A stretch of 64,000 nt of DNA from assembly GCA_964451165.1 (NCBI GenBank), contig CAYVGJ010000002.1, positions 97,338-161,337 on the forward strand, in the 5' to 3' direction. Within the stretch, counting starts at the first letter, position 1; each line of letters opens with the position of its first letter. The translations under genes were made by a program, and so were the position numbers. Below the pieces are notes generated by a model. It had not been told where the DNA came from. It saw only the letters and a list, made by a program, of their open reading frames with translations, and did not search any database. This DNA comes from an uncultured bacterium (GTDB lineage: Bacteria; Auribacterota; Auribacteria; Auribacterales; Auribacteraceae). Shown here piece after piece: positions 1 through 10,308 of the stretch.

Positions 1-348
1 ACAAGCCAGTTGGAAAAAAAGTTAATGGATATGTATTCCAAAGATTATCTTAAGAATCCTTATATTACTGTTTCAGTTTTATCAAGGAGATATTATGTCT
101 TAGGTGAAGTAAAAGCGCCAGGAGCATATCCTATGGTAGGTAACGTTACTGTTTTAACCGCAATAACACAAGCTGGCGGATTTACAGATTATGCCGCTAA
201 AAATAATGTAACTGTTATCCGCAATGTCGGTAATGTGAAAAAGTCAATAACAGTAAATATTGACAAAATTATAAAAACCGGAGATACTAGCAGCGATGTT
301 ATATTACAAGCAGGAGATGTTGTTAATGTCCCGCAAAGCATGTTTTAA
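1..348 (+). CDS. Polysaccharide export protein, Wza-like (SLBB domain), 5'-truncated by the window edge. The track start at 10 is an internal TTG.
   Basis: The motif YYVLGEVKAPGAYPM...LTAITQAGGFTDYAAKNNVTVIR...ILQAGDVVNVP is typical of SLBB/polysaccharide-export (Wza/KpsD) C-terminal domains. The frame is open to position 1. Confidence 0.55.
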   Translation, partial: TSQLEKKLMDMYSKDYLKNPYITVSVLSRRYYVLGEVKAPGAYPMVGNVTVLTAITQAGGFTDYAAKNNVTVIRNVGNVKKSITVNIDKIIKTGDTSSDVILQAGDVVNVPQSMF

Positions 349-380
349 TCTGTAAATAAATTAGACTGGTTTTTTATTCT

Positions 381-2273
381 ATGCAAAATAAACCCTTATT
401 TAGAAATTACGCAAAAAATTTTCATTCGGAAACAAAACTTGAAAAGACATTTAACGCCATATTGATTTTTTTACTTGGTTTTGTGCTTATTTTTACTCCG
501 CTAAGTTTTGGAACCGTCAATGAACCTTCTTTCTATATCGCTCATATTTCGATACTTGGACTCGTTCTTGTCAGTATATTGAAAATGGCATTTATAAGAA
601 AATTCAAATTAATAAAATCATTTACACTTGTTCCTCTGTTTTTATTTGTTGGATATACTGCTGTACGCTATTTTTTTTCCGATAATCCATATTATTCGAG
701 AATGGAATTTTTAAAAATAATTGATTATTCATTAATTTATCTTGTTATTGTAAATAATTTTCAGAGAAAAAAATATTTTTACTCACTCATATTTCTTACA
801 ATTCTTATCGGATTGTTTTTATCATCATTGGGGATAATACAATATTTCAAAGAGGCAAATAAGGTATATGGAATTGGGTTGGCGAATGAAATTGTAGCTG
901 TGCCAAGTGATGGACATCAAATACACGATGCTCAATCATATTTTGGAATAGTAACTAAACCCAAACCGGAACAATATGGTTTTAGAGCAAGTGGAACTTT
1001 TGTTTGTCCAAACCATTTGGCCGGTTATCTTGAGATGATAATACCGCTTGCTCTTGCTATGAGCATGTTAACACGATTTGTTTTCGGATTCAGGATGCTT
1101 ATAGGATACTCATCACTGCTGATTATTGCTGGATGGGTATTGACGTTTTCAAGAGGCGGATGGATTGCGGGAATTGTGATGTTAATAACTTTTATCATAT
1201 TATCATATCTAAGAGGTGAAGCGCGTAGCGAAAATAGATGGATATTACCTATGGTAATAATTATTATAGCGTTAATATCAATCGGTATATTTGTAAAACC
1301 GATTCAAAAGAGATTGTTAGAAATTTCTCCTACCGGTGATGCCAGTTCTGCAAGCAGATTAAAAATATGGTCTGACACAATTCCAATGATTAAAGATAAA
1401 CTTTTCTTTGGTTATGGTCCCGGTGGCTATGAATGGCATTTCCCTCGGTATAAAAGCCATTCAATTAATCGAAAAGTAACATATACCCATAATGATTATT
1501 TAAATGCCCTTGCCGATTACGGTGTCTTCGGAACATTAATAATATTGTTTTTTATTGTGTTGTTGTTTATGAAATCAAGAAAGATTCCTGAATTTTTTGA
1601 ACATCCTGATACTCAAGCATTGATGGTGGGTTGTTTATCTGCCGTTGTCGTTGTTTTGTTCCATGCGTTCTTTGATTTCAATAATCATATATACAGTAAC
1701 GCTCTTTTATTCGTTGTAATATGTGGTATTTACATAAGTGTTGTCAGTAATGTCGAAAATGAAGAAGAGGCATATTGGAAATTTGACAAGTTAAATAATA
1801 ATATATTCATGTTAATTTTTGTAGGGATCATTCTTGTCGGGATAATTATCTCTGGTATTATTCAGGCTGGAAAATTATTTTTATCTGAGGCTTATTTTCA
1901 ACAGGGGTATGCTCTTCAATACCAGATATTGTGGAATGAAGCGTCAAAAAAATATGAAATAGCGCAAAAATACGATCCGAAAAATCCGAATATTTATGGA
2001 AAATTGGCTGAGGTTTTAAGTGCTCAAAATTTATTTAGAATTGGCATCGATAATAATCAAGCGATAAATTATTATGATACAGCTTTAAAATACAACCCTT
2101 ATGAAAGTGATTTTCTTTTTAAAAAGGCGCTTCTTCTAAAACGTGAAAGAAAATTTAAAGAAGCATCGGATGTAATTGGAAAAGCAATTTCACAAGAACC
2201 GACTAATGAATCATATAGAGTGGAATATAAAAAATTAGACATCATTCTGCAGAGAAATAAATCCGCGTTTTAA
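381..2273 (+). CDS. O-antigen ligase (Wzy_C)-like polytopic membrane protein with C-terminal TPR repeats
   Basis: Multiple TM helices. The Wzy_C signature FSRGGWIAGIVM and the following YGPGGYEW...THNDYLNALADYGVFG loop are present. The C-terminal ~130 aa have TPR-like repeats (YFQQGYALQYQ..., AINYYDTALKYNPYESDF...). Confidence 0.6.
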   Translation: MQNKPLFRNYAKNFHSETKLEKTFNAILIFLLGFVLIFTPLSFGTVNEPSFYIAHISILGLVLVSILKMAFIRKFKLIKSFTLVPLFLFVGYTAVRYFFSDNPYYSRMEFLKIIDYSLIYLVIVNNFQRKKYFYSLIFLTILIGLFLSSLGIIQYFKEANKVYGIGLANEIVAVPSDGHQIHDAQSYFGIVTKPKPEQYGFRASGTFVCPNHLAGYLEMIIPLALAMSMLTRFVFGFRMLIGYSSLLIIAGWVLTFSRGGWIAGIVMLITFIILSYLRGEARSENRWILPMVIIIIALISIGIFVKPIQKRLLEISPTGDASSASRLKIWSDTIPMIKDKLFFGYGPGGYEWHFPRYKSHSINRKVTYTHNDYLNALADYGVFGTLIILFFIVLLFMKSRKIPEFFEHPDTQALMVGCLSAVVVVLFHAFFDFNNHIYSNALLFVVICGIYISVVSNVENEEEAYWKFDKLNNNIFMLIFVGIILVGIIISGIIQAGKLFLSEAYFQQGYALQYQILWNEASKKYEIAQKYDPKNPNIYGKLAEVLSAQNLFRIGIDNNQAINYYDTALKYNPYESDFLFKKALLLKRERKFKEASDVIGKAISQEPTNESYRVEYKKLDIILQRNKSAF

Positions 2274-2291
2274 AAATTTCAAAGGTAATAG

Positions 2292-3434
2292 ATGAAAACT
2301 CAAAAAATGAAAATTGCCATGATCGGACAAAAAGGTATTCCGGCTATTTATGGCGGTGTGGAGCGACATGTTGAGGAAATTTCGCGCAGGCTTGTCGAAA
2401 AAGGACATGATGTCACTGTTTATAGCCGCCCATACTATATGAAAGAGAATAGTTATAATAGCGATGAATTAAATGGTGTAAAAATAAAAGTTGTTCCAAC
2501 AATAAAAAGCAAACATTTGGACGCAATCGTTCATTGTTTTATATCATCCGTTGACTCAATTTTTAAAAATTATGATATTATTCATTATCATGCGATTGGC
2601 CCATCGACATTATCATTTTTACCGCGGATAAAAAACTCAAAATCCGTTGTTACTGTCCACGGTCTTGATTGGCAGAGAAAAAAATGGAATAAATTCGCTT
2701 CATTATTTTTGCAATTCGGCGAAAAATCCTCATATTATTTTCCAAATAAAACAATTGTTGTATCAAAAACACTTAAAAAGTATTATGACGGGAAATATAA
2801 CGCTGATGTTTCTTATATTCCCAATGGAGTAAATTTGCCGGTTCTAAATAGCCCTGATATTATTAAAAAGAAATATAATCTGGATAAAGATTCATATATT
2901 GTGTTTATAAGCAGGCTGGTACCTGAAAAAGGATGCCATTATTTGATTGAAGCCTATAAGCAAATCAAAACCGATAAAAAACTTTTAATAGTTGGCGGGT
3001 CAAGCCATTCGGACGATTATGTAAAAACAATTAAAGAAATGGCAAGAGATGATAAGCGGATTTTGTTTACCGGGAATGTCTATGGCCAGGAATTAAACGA
3101 ATTATTTTCCAATGCCTATATATTTATACTTCCGTCAGAAATGGAAGGATTGCCTATAGTTATACTTGAAGCGCTTAGTTTCGGTAAATGTGTACTCGCA
3201 AGCGATATATCGGAAAATATGGAGGTAATTGCGCCTTTCGGCAAAGATGAGTATGGATTCAGTTTCGAGAACAAAAATATAAAGAGTCTGAGAGAAAAAA
3301 TAGAATTACTTATAAATAATCCCGAAAATGTTGAGTCCATGTGCTCAAATTCAATCGATTATGTAAAAACAAATTATAACTGGGATTCCGTTGCCGACCA
3401 GACTGAAAAAATATATTTATCTATGATAAAATAA
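2292..3434 (+). CDS. Glycosyltransferase family 4 (GT-B, group 1)
   Basis: The C-terminal motif PSEMEGLPIVILEALSFGKCVLASD is the E-x7-E GT4 signature. An SD-like aaagg precedes the ATG. Confidence 0.7.
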   Translation: MKTQKMKIAMIGQKGIPAIYGGVERHVEEISRRLVEKGHDVTVYSRPYYMKENSYNSDELNGVKIKVVPTIKSKHLDAIVHCFISSVDSIFKNYDIIHYHAIGPSTLSFLPRIKNSKSVVTVHGLDWQRKKWNKFASLFLQFGEKSSYYFPNKTIVVSKTLKKYYDGKYNADVSYIPNGVNLPVLNSPDIIKKKYNLDKDSYIVFISRLVPEKGCHYLIEAYKQIKTDKKLLIVGGSSHSDDYVKTIKEMARDDKRILFTGNVYGQELNELFSNAYIFILPSEMEGLPIVILEALSFGKCVLASDISENMEVIAPFGKDEYGFSFENKNIKSLREKIELLINNPENVESMCSNSIDYVKTNYNWDSVADQTEKIYLSMIK

Positions 3435-3441
3435 AAGATAA

Positions 3442-4461
3442 TCAGATTTCTCTGCCTTTATACATCTTTGTATAATATTGCTGATATTCACCGCTGGTAC
3501 ATTCATTTACCCATTCTTTATGCTCAATATACCATTTTACGGTTTCTTTCAATCCGTCGCTAAAATTGTATGATGGTTCCCAGCCAAGCTCATTTTTGAT
3601 TTTCGATGAATCTATCGCGTATCTAAAATCATGGCCAAGCCTGTCTTTGACAAACTGGATGAGTGTATCGGGTTTAGAAAGGATACTTAGAATTTCTTTT
3701 ACAATATTTATATTTTCCCACTCATTTCCTCCACCGATATTATATATTTCGCCAATTTTACCTTTATGTAATACGCAATCGATAGCGCTACAATGATCCT
3801 TAACGTGAATCCAATCGCGAATATTTTTACCTGTACCGTAAACAGGAAGTTTTTTATCCTGAAGCGCGTTACAAATCATAAGAGGAATAAGTTTTTCGGG
3901 AAATTGATATGACCCATAATTGTTTGAACAACGTGTTATCAGGACAGGTAAACCGAAGGTCTTATAAAATGATCTGGTAATCAGGTCGGCGCTTGTTTTA
4001 CTTGCTGAATAAGGGCTGTTTGGGGAAAGGGGAGTGGATTCAGTGAATTTGCCAGTCGCTCCAAGCGAGCCATAAACTTCATCCGTCGATATTTGAACAA
4101 ATCTTTCAATTCCATATGCTTTTGCCGCTTCAAGCAAAGTAAGGGTACCAGTAACATTGGTTTCAATAAAAACTTCCGAACCCAAAATGCTTCTGTCAAC
4201 ATGCGATTCAGCCGCGAAATTTATAATGGAATCAATTTTATATTCCTTTAAAATGTAGGAAACAAGCTCGAAATTTTTGATATTTCCCTTTATGAAAAAA
4301 TAACGCGGATTCTTCTCGATATCAATAAGATTCAATAAATTACCCGCGTAAGTCAGGTTATCCAGATTTACAACATTATAATCCTTATAATTTTCAAGAA
4401 TAAAGTGAACAAAATTTGAACCGATAAATCCGGCACCGCCAGTGATTAATAAATTATTCAT
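3442..4461 (-). CDS. rfbB: dTDP-glucose 4,6-dehydratase (RmlB/RfbB). The start was moved from the track TTG (4497) to the ATG at 4461, which has a strong SD (AAAAGGAGA).
   Basis: The N-terminus MNNLLITGGAGFIGSNFV has the Rossmann GxxGxxG. The catalytic region ...ISTDEVYG...YSASKTSADL... and the length are typical of RmlB. Confidence 0.85.
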   Translation of the reverse strand: MNNLLITGGAGFIGSNFVHFILENYKDYNVVNLDNLTYAGNLLNLIDIEKNPRYFFIKGNIKNFELVSYILKEYKIDSIINFAAESHVDRSILGSEVFIETNVTGTLTLLEAAKAYGIERFVQISTDEVYGSLGATGKFTESTPLSPNSPYSASKTSADLITRSFYKTFGLPVLITRCSNNYGSYQFPEKLIPLMICNALQDKKLPVYGTGKNIRDWIHVKDHCSAIDCVLHKGKIGEIYNIGGGNEWENINIVKEILSILSKPDTLIQFVKDRLGHDFRYAIDSSKIKNELGWEPSYNFSDGLKETVKWYIEHKEWVNECTSGEYQQYYTKMYKGREI

Positions 4462-4525
4462 TCGAATATCTCCTTTTGATCTGGCAAATTTTACCAAAGG
4501 GAATGTAAAATTTAAACTAAAAATT

Positions 4526-4554
4526 TTGACAAATACACAAAAAAACTTTTAAAT
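4526..4554 (+). promoter_or_regulatory. Candidate sigma70-type promoter (TTGACA-17-TTAAAT) for the dehydrogenase/UGM transcription unit
   Basis: TTGACA at 4526-4531, a 17-nt spacer, and TTAAAT at 4549-4554, about 90 nt upstream of the ATG at 4645, in a divergent intergenic region. An AT-rich background reduces specificity. Confidence 0.25.
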
Positions 4555-4644
4555 AGCAAGAATACATAAAGTTTTTTTATTTAAAGTCGATTTTTTTTAT
4601 AAGTATAATTTTAAAAAATATATCCAAAAAAAGGGGAATTGTTT

Positions 4645-5931
4645 ATGAATAACCGTAAAATTTGTGTAGTAGGTTTGGGTTATGTCGGTTTGCCTCTTGC
4701 GGTTGAGTTCGGCAAAAATCAGCGTATAATAGGGTTTGATATAAATGAAAAAAGGATTAAAGCATTACAGAATTATAAAGATTTAACCAACGAAACTTCG
4801 GAAGAAGATTTAAGGGACGCAAAAATTGAATATACCTCTGATCCGAAGAAAATAGCCGAGTCTGATTTTATAATAGTCGCGGTACCAACACCTGTAAATG
4901 AAGCTAAAATTCCTGATTTGACTGCTGTTGAGTCTGCTTCGACTATTGTCGGGAAGAATCTGTCAAAAGGTGCGATTGTAGTTTTTGAAAGCACAGTTTA
5001 CCCGGGAGTTACGGAAAAAATATGTAAACCTATCCTTGAGAACAATTCCGGACTTAAATGCGGTGTCGATTTTAAAATTGGGTATAGCCCTGAAAGAGTA
5101 AACCCTGGTGATAAAGAACATACTATTGACCGGATAATAAAAATTGTATCCGGAATGGATCAAGAAACTCTTGAAATTGTGGCGCAGGTATACGGTATGG
5201 TGGTAAAAAAGGGAATATACAAGGCAGAAAATATTATGACTGCTGAAGCGGCAAAAGTCATAGAAAACATCCAGCGTGATTTAAATATAGCTCTGATGAA
5301 TGAACTGTCCATTATATTTAATAAAATCGGTATTGATACAAAAAGCGTGATCGAAGCAGCCGCCACGAAATGGAATTTTCACAAATATTTCCCGGGTTTG
5401 GTAGGCGGGCATTGTATTGGTGTCGATCCTTATTATTTGACACATCTCGCGCTACAGGTCGGAATTCATCCAAAAGTTATACTTGCCGGAAGGGATACCA
5501 ATGATGGAATGTCAAAATATGTTGCGGAAATGGTGATAAAAGAATTAAATAAAGCGGGATATGTCTTGAAAGACGCAACCGTTCTGGTTATGGGGTTGAC
5601 TTTCAAAGAAAACGTGCCGGATATGAGAAACAGCAGGGCATTTGACGTTATAAGGTATTTAAACGAATATTCCATAAATGTTGTTGCTTGTGATCCATTA
5701 CTCGAAGAAGGAATAATTGAGGGAGAACATCAAAAAGTTGAGAATAAACCGTTTAATAAAATAAAAAGTTTTGATTGCGCTCTTCTTATCAATTCTCATG
5801 ACGCATTTAAAGATATTTCTCTCAATGATTTAAATGAAAAAATGAGCAATAAACCGATTTTGATAGATATAAAAAGTTTCTATTCAAAAGAGGAAGCTCT
5901 TGAAAAAGGTTTCATGTATAAAAATTTATAA
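4645..5931 (+). CDS. Nucleotide-sugar dehydrogenase (UDP-glucose/GDP-mannose dehydrogenase family, TviB/WbpA/CapL-like). The start is placed at the ATG at 4645 (SD aaagggga); the track start at 4639 is a TTG.
   Basis: N-terminal NAD-binding ICVVGLGYVGLPLAVEF. Central catalytic Cys region GLVGGHCIGVDPYYL. C-terminal UDP-binding domain. Confidence 0.75.
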   Translation: MNNRKICVVGLGYVGLPLAVEFGKNQRIIGFDINEKRIKALQNYKDLTNETSEEDLRDAKIEYTSDPKKIAESDFIIVAVPTPVNEAKIPDLTAVESASTIVGKNLSKGAIVVFESTVYPGVTEKICKPILENNSGLKCGVDFKIGYSPERVNPGDKEHTIDRIIKIVSGMDQETLEIVAQVYGMVVKKGIYKAENIMTAEAAKVIENIQRDLNIALMNELSIIFNKIGIDTKSVIEAAATKWNFHKYFPGLVGGHCIGVDPYYLTHLALQVGIHPKVILAGRDTNDGMSKYVAEMVIKELNKAGYVLKDATVLVMGLTFKENVPDMRNSRAFDVIRYLNEYSINVVACDPLLEEGIIEGEHQKVENKPFNKIKSFDCALLINSHDAFKDISLNDLNEKMSNKPILIDIKSFYSKEEALEKGFMYKNL

Positions 5932-7289
5932 TGACATCCAATAATCCGAGAATCATCATAATCGGCGCCGGGCCAACGGGTCTTGGCGCCGCGTACTATT
6001 TGCGCAAAATAAGGTATAATAACTGGTTTATCTATGAAAAAGATAACCATGCCGGTGGTTTATCATCAAGTATAATTGATAACAATGGTTTTACCTGGGA
6101 TCATGGCGGACATGTAATTTTCTCGCATTACAAGTTCTTTGATGAAATAATTGAATTTTCGTGTAAAAAAAATATTTTGTCTCACAATAGATACGCCTTT
6201 GCATATATGTTTGATCGGCTGGTTCCATATCCTGTACAAAACAATATTAGATATTTGCCCGATGCTGTTATTTTGGATTGTTTATTCGGGTTGATAGACA
6301 GAAAATATGAAACAAAGCCTGAAAATTTTAAGCAATGGATCGATTCGGTTTTCGGCAAAGGTTTAGCCGAATATTTTATGTTGCCGTATAACCGCAAAGT
6401 CTGGAGCACGAATCCGGAAGAAATGGGATTCGGCTGGATTGGTGAAAGAGTAAGTGTAATTGATATAAAACATGTGCTCAAAAATATAATTCTAAAACAA
6501 GATGATAATGGATGGGGGCCGAACAGTAAGTTTGTTTTTCCAGAAAAGGGTGGTACTCAGGCAATATTTTCACAGATCGCGTCTCTTGTTAAAGATAACA
6601 TTTCTTTTAAGTCGGAACTTTATAAAATTGATATTAAAAACCGAAAAGTATTTTTTAAATCCGGCAAATCCGATAAATATGATTATTTGATATCTTCTGT
6701 GCCTGTTGATGAATTTGTTAATTATTTGGATGGTAACAATAACATGGACACAATTAAGGAAACTGCCGGAAATTTGGTTTACAACAAAGTAATGGTTACC
6801 GGTATCGGCATTAAAAGAAAGAATAAGCCGGATCGGTCATGGATATACTTTCCGGAACAAAAATTCCCATGGTATAGAGTGACATATTTTTCAAATTATT
6901 CTCCATATAATGTGCCTTCAGATGAATATTTTTCTCTTATGGGAGAGATAAGTTATCCAGCACATTCACAACCGGATGGAGAGACTGATATAATGAAATC
7001 CATTGAATCTTTTGAAAAATGTGCTTTTATTTTAAATAACGATATAAGCCGAATCGAAAGTTTTTATTCAAAACTAATACCAAAAGCTTATCCGGTACCG
7101 ACATTGGAAAGAGACAAAATTTTAAATGAAGTCCAATCGTTTCTTATGTCTAACAACATATTATCACGAGGAAGATTCGGCGGTTGGAAATACGAAGTCG
7201 CGAACATGGATCATTCTGTGATGCAAGGTAAAGAAGCTGTCGATTATATTCTATTTAATAAGTCTGAGGAAACTTATAAATTGACCTGA
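5931..7289 (+). CDS. glf: UDP-galactopyranose mutase homolog of the long (eukaryotic-type) form, FAD-dependent
   Basis: N-terminal FAD fold IIIIGAGPTGLGAAYYL. Motifs that closely resemble fungal/kinetoplastid UGM as I remember it: DHGGHVIFSHYKFFDE, NGWGPNSKFVFPEKGGTQ, SRGRFGGWKYEVANMDHSVMQGKEAVDYI. The start overlaps the upstream stop (TAATG). Confidence 0.55.
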   Translation: MTSNNPRIIIIGAGPTGLGAAYYLRKIRYNNWFIYEKDNHAGGLSSSIIDNNGFTWDHGGHVIFSHYKFFDEIIEFSCKKNILSHNRYAFAYMFDRLVPYPVQNNIRYLPDAVILDCLFGLIDRKYETKPENFKQWIDSVFGKGLAEYFMLPYNRKVWSTNPEEMGFGWIGERVSVIDIKHVLKNIILKQDDNGWGPNSKFVFPEKGGTQAIFSQIASLVKDNISFKSELYKIDIKNRKVFFKSGKSDKYDYLISSVPVDEFVNYLDGNNNMDTIKETAGNLVYNKVMVTGIGIKRKNKPDRSWIYFPEQKFPWYRVTYFSNYSPYNVPSDEYFSLMGEISYPAHSQPDGETDIMKSIESFEKCAFILNNDISRIESFYSKLIPKAYPVPTLERDKILNEVQSFLMSNNILSRGRFGGWKYEVANMDHSVMQGKEAVDYILFNKSEETYKLT

Positions 7290-7298
7290 TTCTCTAAC

Positions 7299-7736
7299 TT
7301 AACTCTTTTTCTTCTCGGCTAATTCTTCCTTGATTTTATCTAATACGCCGTTTATAAATTTACCGGAATCAGGTGTACTGAACTTTTTGGCAATATCAAC
7401 TGCTTCATCAATCGATACAACTGCGGGTACATCGTCAAGGAACATGATCTCAAAAACAGCTATTCTAAGAAGATTTCTGTCTATTAGCGCAATACGTGAA
7501 AAAGACCAGTTGGTTGAATGGCGTTGTATCGTATCGTCAATGGTTTCTTTATGATCAACATAACCGTGAATAAGTTTTTCGGAAAAATCGAATTGCGGGC
7601 TTTCGATATCTATTCGATTTTGTTCGCAAACAATTTCCCATGTTTTGTGTAGATCTCTTAAATCGTATTCATCTTTTATATCGCATGCGTACAAATATTG
7701 TAACGCGAACTCTCTGCTAAGCCGTCGTTTGCCCAT
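7299..7736 (-). CDS. nusB: Transcription antitermination factor NusB
   Basis: The N-terminus MGKRRLSREFALQYLYACD and its 145 aa length are typical of NusB. It is the last gene of the ribBA-ribH-nusB operon. Confidence 0.85.
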   Translation of the reverse strand: MGKRRLSREFALQYLYACDIKDEYDLRDLHKTWEIVCEQNRIDIESPQFDFSEKLIHGYVDHKETIDDTIQRHSTNWSFSRIALIDRNLLRIAVFEIMFLDDVPAVVSIDEAVDIAKKFSTPDSGKFINGVLDKIKEELAEKKKS

Positions 7737-7754
7737 TTTGTCTCCATTAAAAAA

Positions 7755-8219
7755 TTAAATTTCCTGAGAAAATAAATTAACCATTTCAATTACCGATAAC
7801 GCGGCATCAGCACCTTTGTTTCCGGATTTTGTGCCCGCTCTTTCAATAGCCTGCTCAAGAGAATCCGCGGTTATCACCCCGAAAGATATTGGAATCCCGA
7901 ATTGTAAGGATACTTGAGCTATACCTTTAGTAACTTCACTACTGATATAATCGAAATGAGGTGTCATGCCGCGTATTAAAGCGCCAAGACAAATTATTCC
8001 ATCGAATTTTCTTGTTGCCGCGATTTTCTGTGCCAAAACAGGTATCTCGAAAGAACCCGGTACCCAGAATACGCTTATTTCATCATCTTTCACGTTATGT
8101 CGTTTAAGAGTGTCTATCGCGCCATCAACTAAACGTGATGTGATAAAATTATTGAATCTGCTTACAATAATACCGTATGTTTTCTTCTCAGATACTAATT
8201 TACCTTCATATATTTTCAC
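7755..8219 (-). CDS. ribH: 6,7-dimethyl-8-ribityllumazine synthase
   Basis: [26 protein letters not shown]...[15 protein letters not shown]...GALIRG is the classic RibH motif set. It has a GTG start with an upstream GGAGG. Confidence 0.85.
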   Translation of the reverse strand: MKIYEGKLVSEKKTYGIIVSRFNNFITSRLVDGAIDTLKRHNVKDDEISVFWVPGSFEIPVLAQKIAATRKFDGIICLGALIRGMTPHFDYISSEVTKGIAQVSLQFGIPISFGVITADSLEQAIERAGTKSGNKGADAALSVIEMVNLFSQEI

Positions 8220-8239
8220 ATCTGCCTCCAGGTGTGGTT

Positions 8240-9457
8240 TTAAATTGCCTGAAACATATGACCTAATTTTTCTTTTTTTGCCTGAAGATATTTTTTATTG
8301 TGTTTCGTAGGTTGCATAGATATTTCCATTCTATCAACAATATTAAGGTCGTATCCATTCAATCCGATGATTTTTTTGGGATTATTGGTAAGCAAAATAA
8401 TATTTTTAACTCCCAAATCCACAAGAATCTGAGCTCCGATCCCGTATTCCCTGAGATCCGGTTTGAACCCGAGATGTTCGTTTGCCTCAACAGTATCAAG
8501 CCCTTTGTCCTGCAGTTCGTAAGCCTTCAATTTGTTCAAAAGGCCTATTCCGCGCCCTTCCTGGCGCATATACAGAATTATACCCTGTCCTTTATTGGAA
8601 ATTATTTCCATGGCTTTTTCGAGCTGTTGACCGCAATCACAGCGCAGAGATCCGAGAACATCACCTGTCAGGCATTCGGAATGTACTCTGACGAGAACAT
8701 TGTCATCGGGTTTTATATCACCCATAACCAATGCAAGATGTTCGCTGTTATCAGGTTCCGCATTATACGCAAAAAGTTTGAATTCACCGAATTTTGTCGG
8801 CAGTTTTGTTTCAACTACTCTTTTTATTAATATTTCAGTTCTTCTGCGATATTCTATAATTTGCGCTATAGAACACATTTTTATTTTATATTTATCCTTG
8901 AAATTGATTAATTCAGGAACTCTTGCCATTGTGCCATCATCATTCATTATTTCACAAATCACACCTGCCGGATATAATCCCGCAAGTTTCGCAAGGTCTA
9001 CCGCCGCTTCAGTATGGCCTGCTCTTTTTAATACACCTCCGGTTATTGCGCGGAGCGGGAATATATGGCCTGGTGTAACAAAATCTTTTATGGAAGCATA
9101 AGGATTAACAAGAAGCTGAATAGTTTTTGCCCTGTCTATCGCTGATATACCCGTTGTGATTCCATTTCTCGCGTCAACAGACACACTAAATGCCGTGGAA
9201 TAATGATCAAGATATTTGGGTACCATAGGGTTTAGTCCAAGCTGATCAAGCCGTTCAGCTGTCATTGGAACACACACCAACCCTCTGCAATGTTTAACCA
9301 TAAAATTCACGTCGGCAGGTTTTACGAAAGACGCCGCCATTATAAGGTCGCCTTCGTTTTCTCTGTTTTCATCGTCAGTAACGATAACCATTTTGCCGCA
9401 CCTGATATCTTCAATTATATCTTCTATCTTATCGAAAGGAGCCGGATTATCATTCAT
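8240..9457 (-). CDS. ribBA: Bifunctional 3,4-dihydroxy-2-butanone-4-phosphate synthase / GTP cyclohydrolase II
   Basis: The N-terminal DHBP synthase domain has [19 protein letters not shown]. The C-terminal GCH-II domain has the CxCxxxxC-type zinc site ([10 protein letters not shown]) and [11 protein letters not shown]. Confidence 0.9.
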   Translation of the reverse strand: MNDNPAPFDKIEDIIEDIRCGKMVIVTDDENRENEGDLIMAASFVKPADVNFMVKHCRGLVCVPMTAERLDQLGLNPMVPKYLDHYSTAFSVSVDARNGITTGISAIDRAKTIQLLVNPYASIKDFVTPGHIFPLRAITGGVLKRAGHTEAAVDLAKLAGLYPAGVICEIMNDDGTMARVPELINFKDKYKIKMCSIAQIIEYRRRTEILIKRVVETKLPTKFGEFKLFAYNAEPDNSEHLALVMGDIKPDDNVLVRVHSECLTGDVLGSLRCDCGQQLEKAMEIISNKGQGIILYMRQEGRGIGLLNKLKAYELQDKGLDTVEANEHLGFKPDLREYGIGAQILVDLGVKNIILLTNNPKKIIGLNGYDLNIVDRMEISMQPTKHNKKYLQAKKEKLGHMFQAI

Positions 9458-9606
9458 TTTAGGACTATCCTCCTGAGATTAAATCTCTCTTAAAAGATTT
9501 ATAAAGCTTTTTTACAACCTAATAGATATACTATATGAGAGCAAATTTTTAAAGAAAAATATTATTTATTTCATGTCGTTAGATTATTATAATTGCCGAA
9601 AGTTAA

Positions 9607-10308
9607 TTGGAGAGACATAAGAATATGAGCTGTGAAAATATTATTATAAGATTAAGAGAATTGTATGATCCGAAAAATATTGAAGGCATGAAAAAATTCG
9701 GAATTACTTCGGATAACGCGTATGGTATTTCCACGCCTGAATTAAAATCGATAGCGAACGAAATAGGCAAGAATCACGAACTTGCTCTTGAGTTATGGAA
9801 TACCGGCATACGTGAAGCGCGCATTATAGCCGGGTTGATTGACGAGCCATCTAAAGTAAAAGAAGAACAAATGGATCAATGGGTAAATGATTTTAATTCG
9901 TGGGATGTTTGCGATAGCATATGTATGGTGCTTTTTGATAGAACTCCGTTCGTTTATTCCAAGATCAATCAGTGGTGTGAAGCCGAAAAGGAATATGTAA
10001 AGAGAGCTGGTTTTGTGCTTATGGCTTGTTTGGCTGTGCATGATAAAAAAGCTAAAGACGAAATTTTTATGGAATTTTTACAGAAGATAATTAAAAAGTC
10101 TGACGACGGGCGAAATTTTGTGAAAAAGGCCGTTAACTGGGCGTTGCGGCAGATTGGGAAGAGAAATTTTAATTTAAACGGTTACGCGATAGATTCCGCA
10201 AATAAAATATTAGCGGCAGGATCAAAGTCAGGGAAATGGATAGCATCAGACGCTCTTCGAGAACTGAAAAACGAAAAAATTAAAAAAAGGATTGCCGGCA
10301 AAAAATGA
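9607..10308 (+). CDS. DNA alkylation repair enzyme, AlkD/AlkC-like HEAT-repeat glycosylase family
   Basis: IIIRLRELYDPKNIEGMKKFGI...YGISTPELKSIANEIGKNHELALELWNTGIREARIIAGLI...WVNDFNSWDVCDSIC matches the conserved layout of PF08713 proteins. Confidence 0.6.
   Translation: MERHKNMSCENIIIRLRELYDPKNIEGMKKFGITSDNAYGISTPELKSIANEIGKNHELALELWNTGIREARIIAGLIDEPSKVKEEQMDQWVNDFNSWDVCDSICMVLFDRTPFVYSKINQWCEAEKEYVKRAGFVLMACLAVHDKKAKDEIFMEFLQKIIKKSDDGRNFVKKAVNWALRQIGKRNFNLNGYAIDSANKILAAGSKSGKWIASDALRELKNEKIKKRIAGKK

Noticed and set aside
2647-2832. Numerous short antisense or alternative-frame ORFs from the track embedded in long genes (for example 2647-2832, 3116-3340, 8300-8830, 13645-14011, 17655-18143, 58262-58727)
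   Set aside because: Each lies wholly inside a longer ORF with clear family assignment on the other strand or frame. The translated sequences are low-complexity (Ile/Phe/Ser-rich), as expected from AT-rich antisense.
9458-9606. Possible FMN riboswitch in the leader of ribBA-ribH-nusB
   Set aside because: The 150-nt leader is extremely AT-rich. It lacks the conserved GC-rich FMN-aptamer core (GGGxCAGGGTGAAATTCCC...CCGACGGT-like blocks). No convincing multi-stem structure was visible by eye.
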